A DNA stretch of 64,000 bases. Source: Squalus acanthias. Taxonomy: Eukaryota. The stretch spans positions 56,236,001-56,300,000 of the forward strand of contig CM059432.1 of the NCBI GenBank assembly GCA_030390025.1. Reading direction: 5' to 3'. Below the pieces are notes generated by a model, which saw nothing but the letters and a program-made list of their open reading frames with translations, was not told the DNA's origin and ran no database searches. Position 1 is the first letter of the stretch; every line of letters begins with the position of its first letter. Below, one piece after another: positions 10,535 to 21,969 of the stretch. Position numbers and translations under genes: made by a program.

Positions 10535-12130
10535 CAGATAACTGCTAATGTAACACCCTTATTTAAAAAGGGCAGTAGACAGAAGGCTGGAAACTATAGA
10601 CCGGTTAGCCTAACATCTGTGGTAGGTAAAATTTTGGAGTCCATTATTAAGGAGACAGTAATGGGACATTTGGATAATCATAATTTAATAGGACAAAGTC
10701 AGCATGGTTTTATGAAGGGGAAGTCATGTTTGACAAATTTGCTGGAGTTCTTTGAGGAAGTAACATACAGGATGGATAAAGGGGAACCAGTGGATGTGGT
10801 ATATTTAGACTTCCAAAAGGCATTTGACAAGGTGCCACACACAAGATTATTGCTTAAAATAAAAAATCACGGGATTGGGGGTAATATTCTGGCATGGATA
10901 GAGGATTGGCTATCTAACAGAAGGCAGAGAGTTGGGATAAATGGTTCATTCTCAGACTGGCAATCAGTAATTAGTGGTGTTCCGCAGGGGTCAGTGCTGG
11001 GTCCCCAACTCTTTACAATCTATATTAACGATTTGGAGGAGGGGACCGAGTGTAACATATCAAAGTTTGCAGATGATACTAAGATGGGAGGGAAAGTAGT
11101 GAGTGAGGAGGACATAAAAAATCTGCAAGGGGACATAGACAGGCTAAGTAAGTGGGCAGAGATTTGGCAGATGGAATACAATACTGGAAAGTGTGAGGTG
11201 ATGCACTTTGGCAGGAAAAATCCTAGAGCAATTTATTATCTTAATGGCAAGAAACTGGAGAGTACTGAAGTGCAAAGGGATCTGGGGGTCCTGGTGCACG
11301 AAACTCAAAAGGTTAGTATGCAGGTGCAGCAAGTGATTAAGAAGGCCAATGGAATGTTGGCTCTCATTGCTAGGGGGATAGAATATAAAAATAGGGAGGT
11401 ATTGCTTCAGTTGTACAGGGTATTGGTGAGACCGCACCTGGAATACTACATACAGTTTTGATGTCCATACTTAAGAAAAGACATACTTGCTCTCGAGTCA
11501 GTACAAAGAAGGTTCACTCGGTTAATCCCGGGGATGAGGGGATGGAGATATGAGGAGAGGTTGGGTAGATTGGGACTCTACTCATTGGAGTTCAGAAGAA
11601 TGAGAGGCGATCTTATTGAAACATATAAGATTGTGAAGGGGCTTGATCGGGTGGATGCGGGGAGGATGTTCCCGATGATGGGTGAAACTAGAACTAGGGG
11701 GCATAGTCTTAGAATAAGGGGCTGCTCTTTCAAAACTGAGATGAGCAGGAACTATTTCACTCAGAGGGTGGTAGGTCCATGGAATATGCTGCCCCAAAAA
11801 GCTGTAGAAGCTACATCATTACATAAATTTAAAACAGAAATAGACAGTTTCCTAGAAGTAAAGGGAATTGAGGGTTACGGGGAGCGGGCAGGAATTTGGA
11901 CATGAGTCTAGGTTCGGATCGGTCATGGCCCTGTGGGTAGTGTAGCGGGCCCAGGGGCCGTGTAGCCTGATCCTGCTCCTATTTCGTGTGTCCAATTCTG
12001 TTAGGTTCAGGAGATGGTTCTGTGATAGTAGATTGGCGGTTAGGATCAGATCAGCCATGATCTTATTGAATGGCGGAGCAGGCTCGAGGGACCAATTGGC
12101 CTACTCCTGCTCCTATTTCTTATGTTCTTA
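10535..12130 (+). mobile_element. 5'-truncated, relatively young CR1 LINE (RT domain + 3' UTR)
   Basis: ORF 10457-11461 carries [30 protein letters not shown] and KFADDTK. A TGA at 11459 replaces the usual Trp, and the frame continues to 11905. Tail ...tttcttatgttctta. Confidence 0.95.
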
Positions 12131-13569
12131 TTATGAGTTCTGATTTTTAAAATGGCTTGAATTGTGCGAGCTCATTCTTTTGATATAAAGGTTATCATTA
12201 AGGCTCTAACCAGTTTTTTGGGTGATGTAGGATCTGAGTTATACACTAACCAACCTATTAAAGTAGGTTTACAATTGAGTATATTTTTGAGCTGTCAGTG
12301 GAAAAACAAGGTAATGCCTTCGGACACCACTTTATAGTTTTGAGATGGCAAAGGTCAACTGGAAGTATATTTCAACAAATTTTGGCACAATGCTTTGTAA
12401 ACCTGCAAAACTAATAGTCATTTTAAGAATGATTTTGAAAAAGATATTTGGTTTCCATAATTTCATTTTTTTTTCTGTTGGAGTGAGACAATTTGCTGTG
12501 AGTTAAAGTTTGTGGTGTTGGAGGTAACTTGTGATTTACTGTATGGTGAGTTTTTGTTTGAAAAGATAGGCTCCATAAAGAAAAGGTGCTAATTATAACA
12601 TTTGCTGATTTAAACATCTCTCTTCTCCTTTCTCTTCCACCAGTAGTTTCTGGTGAAAAATAATTTGAACTGAAACTTACCCTAAATAGTTCATTATCTG
12701 GGAAGTAAGTAGAGGGCTCAGTGTTGAGGTGTCACATTGTCTCAAATCCACTAAAGGTAAAAAGACCCATTTTTATAAGGTGTTCAACTTCAAAATATTC
12801 TGAAAATGTCACCAAGTCTTGAAATTCATCAACAAAGCATTGTATCTGAAAATGTAATATTGTCCTCTGGTGGCCACATTTGGATATTGCTGCCTTTTGT
12901 GGAAAGATACCAGTCAGGTTTTCTAGTACTTTATACTAGGTAGTTTGATTAAACTCTATGAACTAGTTTCTAACCGTGCTGTAAAAACCTTGCCTTTCCA
13001 AAAACTTTGAAAAAACAATTTGCTGGTTATAATGCAGGTTTGCATTGTTGAAGTTTGCAGACTGTGACATCAGTCTGCAGTGCACTTAATAGTTACACTG
13101 CACTGTATCTCTTAGTCTCTCTTCTAGCATTTGAAATTAATGCTAAGTAGTTTCTTAAATATTGAAAGCAACAATTTTACAGTGTGTTAACTTGGATATT
13201 GTCAGAACACTTAATATAAAAAAAAAGTAAAAAAAAAATCATGAATAATGCTTTTCACCCACTCGTGTCTCATGTTGAAGTTGCTGTGCGAGCAATATCT
13301 CCTATTGGTTGAATATTTTTTGTCTGTGGTCAAAGGTCATGACATTGAGCAAGTGCCAATTTTGTTCTTTATCATTAGTTAAGTGTTGCGTTATTTTCTC
13401 TTTCCCAATTATTCACAAAATCATACCATGCAAAACCTCCTGCCACACCACCCCCCCCCCCCCCCCACACCCCCATTTGTTCATATTTAACCAAAGCATT
13501 CTACACCAATACTTCTACTTGATCACATTCCAGGAAATAAAAACTGAGATACAGATTTTCATCCATCCT

Positions 13570-14130
13570 ACTGTAAACCCTTAAAAATGAAATTTATTAG
13601 GAGTGGCAAAAAAAGCCATAAGCTTGGTGTAAGAAATGCTTTCTTTTTCTCTGATTCGACATGCAACTTGATGCATCTCCTGGGCGTCTGGTATCCTAGA
13701 GTCCAGGTTTTCAGGGAGAGAAGATGGGGAAACTGGTGCTGAGAGGGGGAGAGGAACTCTTTGGGAAGGGACAAGAAGAAGAATTGAGATTCTCTTGGGA
13801 CATGGTGGGGGCAATAAACAAAAAGATGGACAGGCATGTGCACATCCACATCCCTTTTGATGCAAGAGGAAAGCTTGACGGAGCCCCTATTCAGATACTT
13901 AGGAACACATTAACAGAGGGAAAAAGAGATGGAGCGATTCCTATTTGGATGCTGGGAGTGGACAGAAAGAGCCTTTTATGAATGGGGGAAAGTGACAGCC
14001 TATTGCGAGGGGGAGATTATGGGGGGAAAGGCATGCACAGAAACAGCTCTTGGTGGGGTGGGAAGGAGACAGATGCTTTGATGTGGGAGGAAAGTGCTGT
14101 TGGTGTGCACAATCTGCCACCATATCTGTC
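13570..14130 (-). mobile_element. Possible highly degraded L1/Tx1-type LINE ORF2 C-terminal fragment
   Basis: Adjacent minus frames give KGCGC and PVHLFVYCP, resembling the CCHC knuckle near the end of L1/Tx1 ORF2. Weak. Confidence 0.35.
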
Positions 14131-15069
14131 TTCAAAAATAACTCTGGTTCAAAAATAATTAATGGATTGTGAAATTCTTTGAGAAGTCCTAAAGGATGTG
14201 ACAAGGTACTATATAAATACAAGTTGTTTTTTTCTTTAAAAATAGATTGCAATTTTAATTATTGCCACTAGAATTGAAAGGCTGAATACTGTGATGGTGC
14301 AGTGTCAGAAGTTAAGAAATTTGCTCGCAGAATATTGAGTGGTTGGAAAATCAGCAGCAGCAAAACTGAGGATCTGTGAGCCTTTTGTTAGTCAGCTACC
14401 TTTTCATTGGAGACCTGTTAATGCAATACTGTTACCTATCTCTTTCCCACCCCCACTTCCATTGGAATTTAAGAAAAATAATTATATAAAGGAATTGTGG
14501 AATGTTTCCTAATTTTTGTTTTTTAAATTGTTCATATGAGTTTCTCAATTTATTTCTTATTCCTGTTTCTTTTTTCCCAACACTGCCCTATGAGTTTATT
14601 ATTGGGTGTAAAAAGGTGAGCTGTAGTCTCTCCCAAAAGCTCATACTCCCATCTGCTATAATCCTCTTGCCTGATGAGATTTTTAAAAGTGTATTGTATT
14701 TGTATTTGTTCTTTGAACCATTAAAATAGCACTGTAGAAAAAGGAAGATCCCATACCAGCAGGTTTTATTTTACAGCTGTTAAAATTTCATGCATAGCCA
14801 GGTAAAACAGTGCTGTAAAGTTTATTTTTCCAAGCTAGTTTTGAAACTGCTTTGGTTTCATAAAATGCTTAAAGGACTTAGTGGTGACTGTGTATTTATG
14901 CACACTAGGGATAAACAGATTGCATGAAATATCATTCAGTTTGACTGAACTCTAACTTGAAGTACAGTTGCATGCCACTTCTTGTGTATTGACAAAAAGG
15001 GTAGTGGAAATAAATTTATTAAAACTGAAGGGTATAATTTGTTATCAGTGAAACTTATTTTTAAAGTCT

Positions 15070-15254
15070 GGCCTTGAGATTACACTGGGGTACGAGTTTT
15101 GGAAGGCTAACAAGTTTGCCTAAAATTTCTGTGTCCACTATTTTGAGTGGAGGTGTTAATCAATTTTATTTATAACTGGTTAACACCATCACTAAAATAG
15201 TGGAAAGAGGTATTTCAGACTGACGTTGGTATCCTATAACATAATTTCAGGGCC
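15070..15254. mobile_element. Palindromic MITE-like element
   Basis: Termini ggccttgagattac / ataatttcagggcc are imperfect inverted repeats; inner arms tccactattttgagtggaggtgttaatcaatt / aactggttaacaccatcactaaaatagtgga pair. Confidence 0.7.
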
Positions 15255-16793
15255 TTGGTGCTTAATGTAAGTTCAATGGCTTATAGTAGTTTAAAGCCTG
15301 GACTTGTACCTTAGAGTTCTTAAAAGGACATCACTCATTCTATGGTTCTCTGCCATTCACCGAAAGAGTTGCAAAGCTCTGTAGTTTTAATTGTAACAAG
15401 CCAGTTTGATTTTTTGTGCCCTTGGGTGACTACTGAAATAGTGGTTCCTGTTCAAATGTCTTTGTAAAGTTATTTATATTGAAATAGTACTGTAGCTTGT
15501 TTTGCTTCAGAGACTGATCTGGTTTCATAAACCAAGTTGTTTTAATTTAGTGCAATTGTTAACTGGATCAAAAGACCAGTGAGTTCAGTTTGGATTATTC
15601 TAATGTTCACGAGTCCACCCTTGGGGCAATGTATTTTATTATACAGATGTAGAGATGTAATGTAAATTGGTTACAATGTAAATATATTTTGATAGGAAGA
15701 GAACTGTGCTGAATCATGCAGTCACCGCTGAACTGTTCCTTTTAAGAATAATTCCAGCAAATAGCAATCTTTGTCTTTCTTTGGCTGTTTAGTTTGCACT
15801 GAGCTTTGAAACCCAGCTTTAGAAGTTAATGCAATAATGAGCAAGAAGGTGTGTGGTATCGACCTCCAAGTAAATACAACATAATTTTTAGTTGACTTAG
15901 TGTCTGTCTTTTGAAAATGGGGCAAATTTTGTCCATTTCTGAATTTTTTTAGCGTAATTCACAACTGGCTGAATTAAAAAGCATTTCGCTGCTTCCAGTT
16001 TTTATTTTCCACATCACCTGTGGGACCTACAGGTGAGGGATCAGTCAGTATTGATGGGTAAAGATTTTTGTTAGTGTTCCCATCATCACCTAATGTCTTT
16101 TTGGGAAATTTTACTGGGGGATTAAAAACTTCAAATCATGTTTTTCTATTTATTCTGAATGCTCATAAGGAAATATTCTTAAGTGTTTCTAGTAATTTTT
16201 GTTATGTTTAAAATTATTAAATAAAATATGTTCCTCTCCTGAGAAGCTTGTTACTGGAAAAACCTGAATTCATTTGATACATATGCCTTTTATTTCAATC
16301 GGTGTGTACTGCAAAATAAACTATTTGAACTGGAGATACTAAAATGTTGAAAACCACATACCATCTGGTGAATTATTGGAATTAGATTACAATTTAAATA
16401 TTTTTTTTATTTTCCTTTCTGATCAAATGGAAAACTAGCTGACAAGCAATGTGTTTAAATTTATTTCTATATTTGTGTCGATTGGGATGAAAACCTAGCG
16501 ATAATGGGTTATCCTCTTATGCTGTGAACTGATGAGATTTCACAGTGTACTGTTCATTGTAATCTAATGTACATATGAATCAGAACATGTTGACTAGGAT
16601 GACTAAGTTATTAGCAACTACTAGTTAATCTGCATTGCTACTTTGGTATTGCTTCATTGACCAATGCAGGGAAGGAAATTCAAAATGTCTAAGGTTATAG
16701 TCAAAAGTACTAGTGAATAAGCATTAAACTTTCACAGACTACGCATACTGGAACCATATTGCTATAACTGAATTATTCTATTACACTATATAG

Positions 16794-16939
16794 ACATTAC
16801 AAGAAGCGTTGCCAGGGCAGAATGCGGAAACATGTTGGTGACCTTTGCTTACAAGCAGGCATGCTGCAAGATGCTCTTGTGCATTACCATATGGCTGTAG
16901 AACTTCTTCGCTCTGTGAATGACTTTCTGTGGTTGGGAG
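16794..16939 (+). CDS. TRAPPC9: TRAPPC9 coding exon (146 nt)
   Basis: tatag|A CAT TAC AAG... translates (R)[48 protein letters not shown]; donor gtgagt at 16940. Phase is consistent with both neighbours. Confidence 0.97.
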
Positions 16940-17499
16940 GTGAGTTTCTTGGTGCAATAGGACTGAATTAATCAATGTTGTAAGTTGCAAATAATTATGC
17001 ATAAAATGAGCCCTTGCTTAGTTGTCTGTGCTCTGTTTGGAGCTAAGACTAAGATTTCAAAGTATGGTAATGGTGGCTTTAAAAAAAAAACAAACCTGAT
17101 CTTTAAACATGGAGAAAAATTGGCCATTGATTTTAATGTGGAATAAACTTTTTTGTTTGTTTTATCAAGGACATTGAACCGATTGCCAGTAATCATAATC
17201 ACTTGTTAATACTTTTACCACTGAAATGCAGAAATAAGCTGAGAAAGTGTACAGTAGACAGCAGGCTGGAAACACCGGTATCGTTTAAAAAAAAAAAAAG
17301 TGCATCTTGCAAAGGTCGAGGAAGCTTAATGTAAATATCACTCCAGTGTTCATCAAAGGTTGATAGTGAATTGACTGAAAAGATGCAGATTATTTCACGT
17401 TCTCCTTCAAAGTTCATTGGAATTGGGTAACATCATTGAAAAGTAGCAAATATGACCACCCTGCCCCCCTGCACAACCCCCTTTAACAAAAGGAGCAAG

Positions 17500-19450
17500 G
17501 GATGGATTGTAATTATAAACCTGTAAGATTAATTGTGGGGAAAATGCTTTGAGACTTAAATTGGGGATCATTTGAAGGAACAGGGTCTGATTGGAAAGAG
17601 CCAGCATGGGTTCAGAATGGGCAGGTTGTTCCCGGCCAATTTACTAGAGTAAATTTTATTTTAGGAGATGATCGATCTGGTAAGTAAGGTTAGTGGAAGT
17701 TATTTACTTGGATGTCTAGAAGGTAGTTGACAATGTCAAAAATAACAGACTGATTAACAATATGCATTTCCATGGGATAGGTGGGAAATTCTTAAACTGG
17801 ATTGATGTACGGCTGAAGGGTGAAAAACAAATGGTGGTGGTGCATGGGGAGATGTTACAGTAGAAACTGGTTGCTAATGGAGTCCCATAGGGGTTGGTGT
17901 TGGGGCCACATTTTTTATAAATGACTTAAAGAATGGAATGTTGTCCAAAGTTTGCAGGTGACACCAAATTGGGTACAGAGGCCAATGAAGCAAACCAATG
18001 TGTGATAAATCTAAAGGGACCTGGATGGATTAGATCATAACATAAGAAATAGGAGCAGGAGTAGGCCATTTGGCCCTTCGAGCCTGCTCCGCCATTCGAT
18101 GAGATCAAGGCTGATCTTCTGCCTCAACTCCATTCACTGGCCCTATCGCCATATCCCTTGATGCCCTTACTAGTCAGAAATCTATCGACTTCTGTTTTGA
18201 ATATACCCAATGACTGAGCCTCCACAGCCCTCTGGGGTAGAGAATTCCAAAGATTCACCACACTCTGAAGAAATTTCTTCTCCTCTCAGTCCTGAATGGC
18301 CTACCCTTTATCTTGAGGCTGTGGCCCCTGGTTCTAGACTCCCCAGCTAAGGGAAACATTCTCCCAGCATCCATCCTATCAAGCCCTGTAATAATTTTGT
18401 ATGCTTCAATGAGATCCCCTCTCATTCTTCTGAATTCAAGGGAATACAGGCCTAGTTTACTCAATCTCTTCTCATACGACAGTCCCGCCATCCCAGGAAT
18501 CAATCTTGTGAACCTTCGTTGCACTCCCTCTATGGCAAGTATATCCTTCCTTAGGTAAGGAGACCAAAATTGTACACAGTACTCCAGGTGTGGTCTCACC
18601 AAGGCCCTATATAATTGGAGTAAGACTTCTTTACTCCTGTACTCAAATCCTCTTGTAATGAAGGCCAGCATACCATTTGCCTTCCTAATGGCTTGCTGCA
18701 CCTGCAATGGGTAGAGAGGTGGCAGATGGAATTCAATACCGATAAATGTAAAGTCATGAGATTAGGGAGAGTAAGCAAGAATGTGGAGTACATGTCAAGT
18801 AATAACAAGCTTGAGGTAACTGAGCAGGAGAGAGACCTGGGGGTTTTGATAACCAGGTCGCTTAAAGTAGTTTTGTGTTTGCAGGTGGTCCAGAAAGCAA
18901 ATAAAATGTTTGAGTTTATAACAAGGGGGATGTGCCTTTTATAAGTGAGAGGCAGTATTGCTGAAGTTGGTGAGACTGCATCTGAAGTATCTGGAGGGAG
19001 TCCAGTGGAGGGCTTTGAGGCTGATTCCTGAGCTAAGGGGGCTGAGTTATGAGGATAGGTTGTATACCCTGGGACAGGATGAGGGAGGACTTGATCGAGA
19101 TCCTTAAAATTTTCATGGGTATGGAGAATTTGGATCCAGGAAAGTTATACTGTCGAGCATAGCAGTCGCAGACTAAGTGGTACAGTTTGAAGTTGAAGAT
19201 GTCAAAGGAAAATAAGAAATTTAGGTAACACTTTTTTTTAAAAGAGGGTGATAGAATTGTGGGGCATAATATCAGCTAGGGTAGTGGAACAGAAAACCGT
19301 GGCAGATTTTTAAAAAAGGACTTTATAATTTCCTGTTCGTCCAAGTTATGTGGGCCTACTAGTTCTAGAATCGTGGCAATAAACCTAATGGGAAGTGTCT
19401 AAGAGTATGCCAGGTGGAACAATAATCTCCTGCCCAAAATATTATGTATC
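17500..19450 (+). mobile_element. Old degraded CR1 RT/3' region, split by a younger antisense CR1
   Basis: Remnants such as gtccaaagtttgcaggtgacaccaaattggg, and ORF 18693-18944 (WQMEFNTDKCKVM...ERDLGVLI). Confidence 0.75.
18036..18706 (-). mobile_element. 5'-truncated CR1 inserted in the older CR1
   Basis: ORF 18255-18707 ([19 protein letters not shown]...RRMRGDLIEAYKI); tail cataacataagaaataggagc at 18036. Confidence 0.9.
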
Positions 19451-20196
19451 TTGCTATGAGTTAGTTTTGCCTATGAAAATCATATAAGACTAGGCCAAGT
19501 AATTTTTGTTTTGATATTTGACACTTAACCAATGCTGGATACAAGCTCATGTTTGACAAACTGTAAATTGGCATGCCTATTCAACAGATGTGGAATAAGT
19601 TTCACATTTTGGATACTTATATCAAAAGTATGATGTATTCACTAGGGGAGTGTTACAAGAACATGGATTTTGGGAGGGCTGGGGGAACTCCCCAAAGCTT
19701 GCATGTTAAATTTTCTTTATGAAAACATGACACTGAAAAACTATTTTTTAGATTCTGCCAATGTAGTTTAGGATATTTATGATTAAGTAGTTTTGTGTGT
19801 GTATTTGATTGTTGATGTTTTTCAAGTAACGCTTTGGCTTCAAATTTATGTAGGCCCAGCAGTGTACTCCTGGTTAAGTCACCTGGTAGTGTGGAGGTGG
19901 GAGTAGAAGATCAGCAAGGACCAGGATACACCAGGTCTTTGCCAAGGCTGCCAATTTTGTCTACTGGTCTGGTTAGGGCAGAACTTCTGTTTGCCCTAAA
20001 CATGGCTGCTAAAGTCGAGATGTGGGGTCAGGGGAGGAAAATCTCTAAGTATTTCCTTGGCCCTAGCCTTCCTACCACCGAGCACCCTTGATACTAGGAT
20101 GAACCTGGCACAATGCTTGGAGGCGGAATTGGGGCTTGGACCTTTAATAAAACCTGCTGCTCTGTCTGTGAGATCGGCCCCCTTTTAAAGTGGCAC

Positions 20197-20296
20197 TGGC
20201 TAGCCACTAGTTCAGAAGCCGGTGACACTGGAATGTTTATCTTCTAGCTGAAATACAAATTCCAGTGTCATCAGCTCCTGCATTAGTGGCTAACCA
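20197..20296. repeat. 38-bp imperfect inverted repeat (likely the core of an old MITE)
   Basis: tggctagccactagttcagaagccggtgacactggaat (20197-20234) pairs with attccagtgtcatcagctcctgcattagtggctaacca (20259-20296). Confidence 0.8.
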
Positions 20297-20727
20297 ACGC
20301 CGACATTCTCTTTGCCCACTCCCTCTTCCCAGCAAGCACCCACGACTCTCAGTGGTGCAGGTGTCTGCCATTGCTGTTAATGAGTTGAGCTCTCCCTGAC
20401 CCAAGATACCCTGGGGCCAAGAGTGGAGGCCACCAGTGCCCGCTCCTCCACTGGCAGCATAGATCCATGGAAATTCTGGACCTTTATCTCATACAGTGCT
20501 TGTGAAGCTAAATTTACATAATTTCAAAATATCCTTTTGTTTTCTAGTGAGCCAAATTTGCTCCATATTCTACACCAATATCCTCCATCTGCTATATTAT
20601 GTCGCTAGCTTGTTTATAATGCTTAATATCCTTAGTGTTGGACGTAAATGGCATCAAGATGCATTGTTCCATGTGTTTAAGTTTTGTAGTGTATTCTCAA
20701 ACTAAGCGAGGCTTCTTTGTTGCTCAG

Positions 20728-20856
20728 CTGCACTGGAGGGTTTGTGCTCATCTTCTGTTATCTACCATTATCCCAGTGGCACTGGGTCAAAACCTGCGAT
20801 TCGCAGAGCTTATAGCGTGTGTTTACCATCTGAGGCTGGCAAGCGACATCGACATG
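20728..20856 (+). CDS. TRAPPC9: TRAPPC9 coding exon (129 nt)
   Basis: ttgctcag|CT GCA CTG GAG... translates [43 protein letters not shown](G); donor gtaagt at 20857. Confidence 0.96.
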
Positions 20857-21807
20857 GTAAGTAAGCAGTATTTTATAGTTTGCACATATATATTTTATGT
20901 TTCTTTCTGGAAATTAATTGATAGTGTCATTTATGATGGACATGCAATGCTGGAAATCTTTTTTATACATAATGCATGTGCATGATTACTGACTAATTCC
21001 AATCCATTCCTTTTCTTTTATACTGTCGATTTAAGAGTGAAAACTGCATTGTCAATTGTTAGGTTTTAGTAAAGAAATTAAGCAGAATAGGAATGGTTCT
21101 GCTGTTGTTTCTGTATGTAATTTTGGTTGCATACATAACCATAAAATCAGACAGAACAGAAATCATGTATGCATCATACTTGATACTTTTTGTTGTAATG
21201 AAGTTCATGTTTGATAAACGTACATATAGTTCGCACACAAGGTGCAAATTATCTTGTAGTTGGACATGTGACAAAGAAAGCGGAGTGCTTGAAATTGTAT
21301 AATTCTTAGATTTGAGAACTCAATTTGGTTTCTTCTTAATCCATTATGTCCCAGGAAAACAATTATATACTAATGCAGGATCAAAGCAAAACTTTATTTA
21401 AACTAATGAACAATGTAACTTCTGTTATTAAGAAATGCAGAAAATGGTACATGAAAGGAATACTTGAGGTAAGCCCTCAAGAATTCTGTTTGTGAACCTT
21501 CACTCATATCTTGTACATTCCTGGGCTTGCTTGATGGCTCAGTAAGTTTAACCATTGAGTAACTGAGCTGTTCAGATCCAGACCCCCGATACCTAGCCTG
21601 TTCTGAGTTATCTGATGTGTGCGATGGTGGTGTTCCAGTTGCTACAATTAGATCCTAACCCCAGGGTTGGGAGGGGACAATTGGCCAGGGTTCCTGCTCC
21701 TGATAGCTATCCATTAAATACTTTAGGAAGTATGTACATGTAGATATAGTTTGAGGATGCAATAATCCTCTGCTGTAATGACTTCTTCAATGGTCAGACA
21801 ATATTCA

Positions 21808-21895
21808 GATCAGCCATGATCTCATTGAATGGCAGAGCAGGCTCGAGGGGCCGATTGGTCTACTCCTGCTCCTATTTCTTATGTTCTTATGTTCT
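21808..21895 (+). mobile_element. ~90-bp CR1 3'-tail insertion with TSD
   Basis: gatcagccatgatctcattgaatggc...ttcttatgttcttatg flanked by TATTCA (21802-21807 and 21896-21901). It lies in what looks like an older SINE (~21520-21950). Confidence 0.8.
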
Positions 21896-21969
21896 TATTC
21901 ACATTAGAAAAATAGCCACTTGGATGAGGTACTTGAGGATTCTTGATGTCCATTGAGGCAAAAGAGAGC

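Noticed and set aside
10457..11905. Active or domesticated reverse transcriptase gene
   Set aside because: 5'-truncated CR1 with no endonuclease, a start borrowed from flanking DNA, and an in-frame stop at 11459.
13451..13466. Poly-C runs (also 59384-59403)
   Set aside because: Simple homopolymer expansions; the second sits inside a CR1. No further structure.
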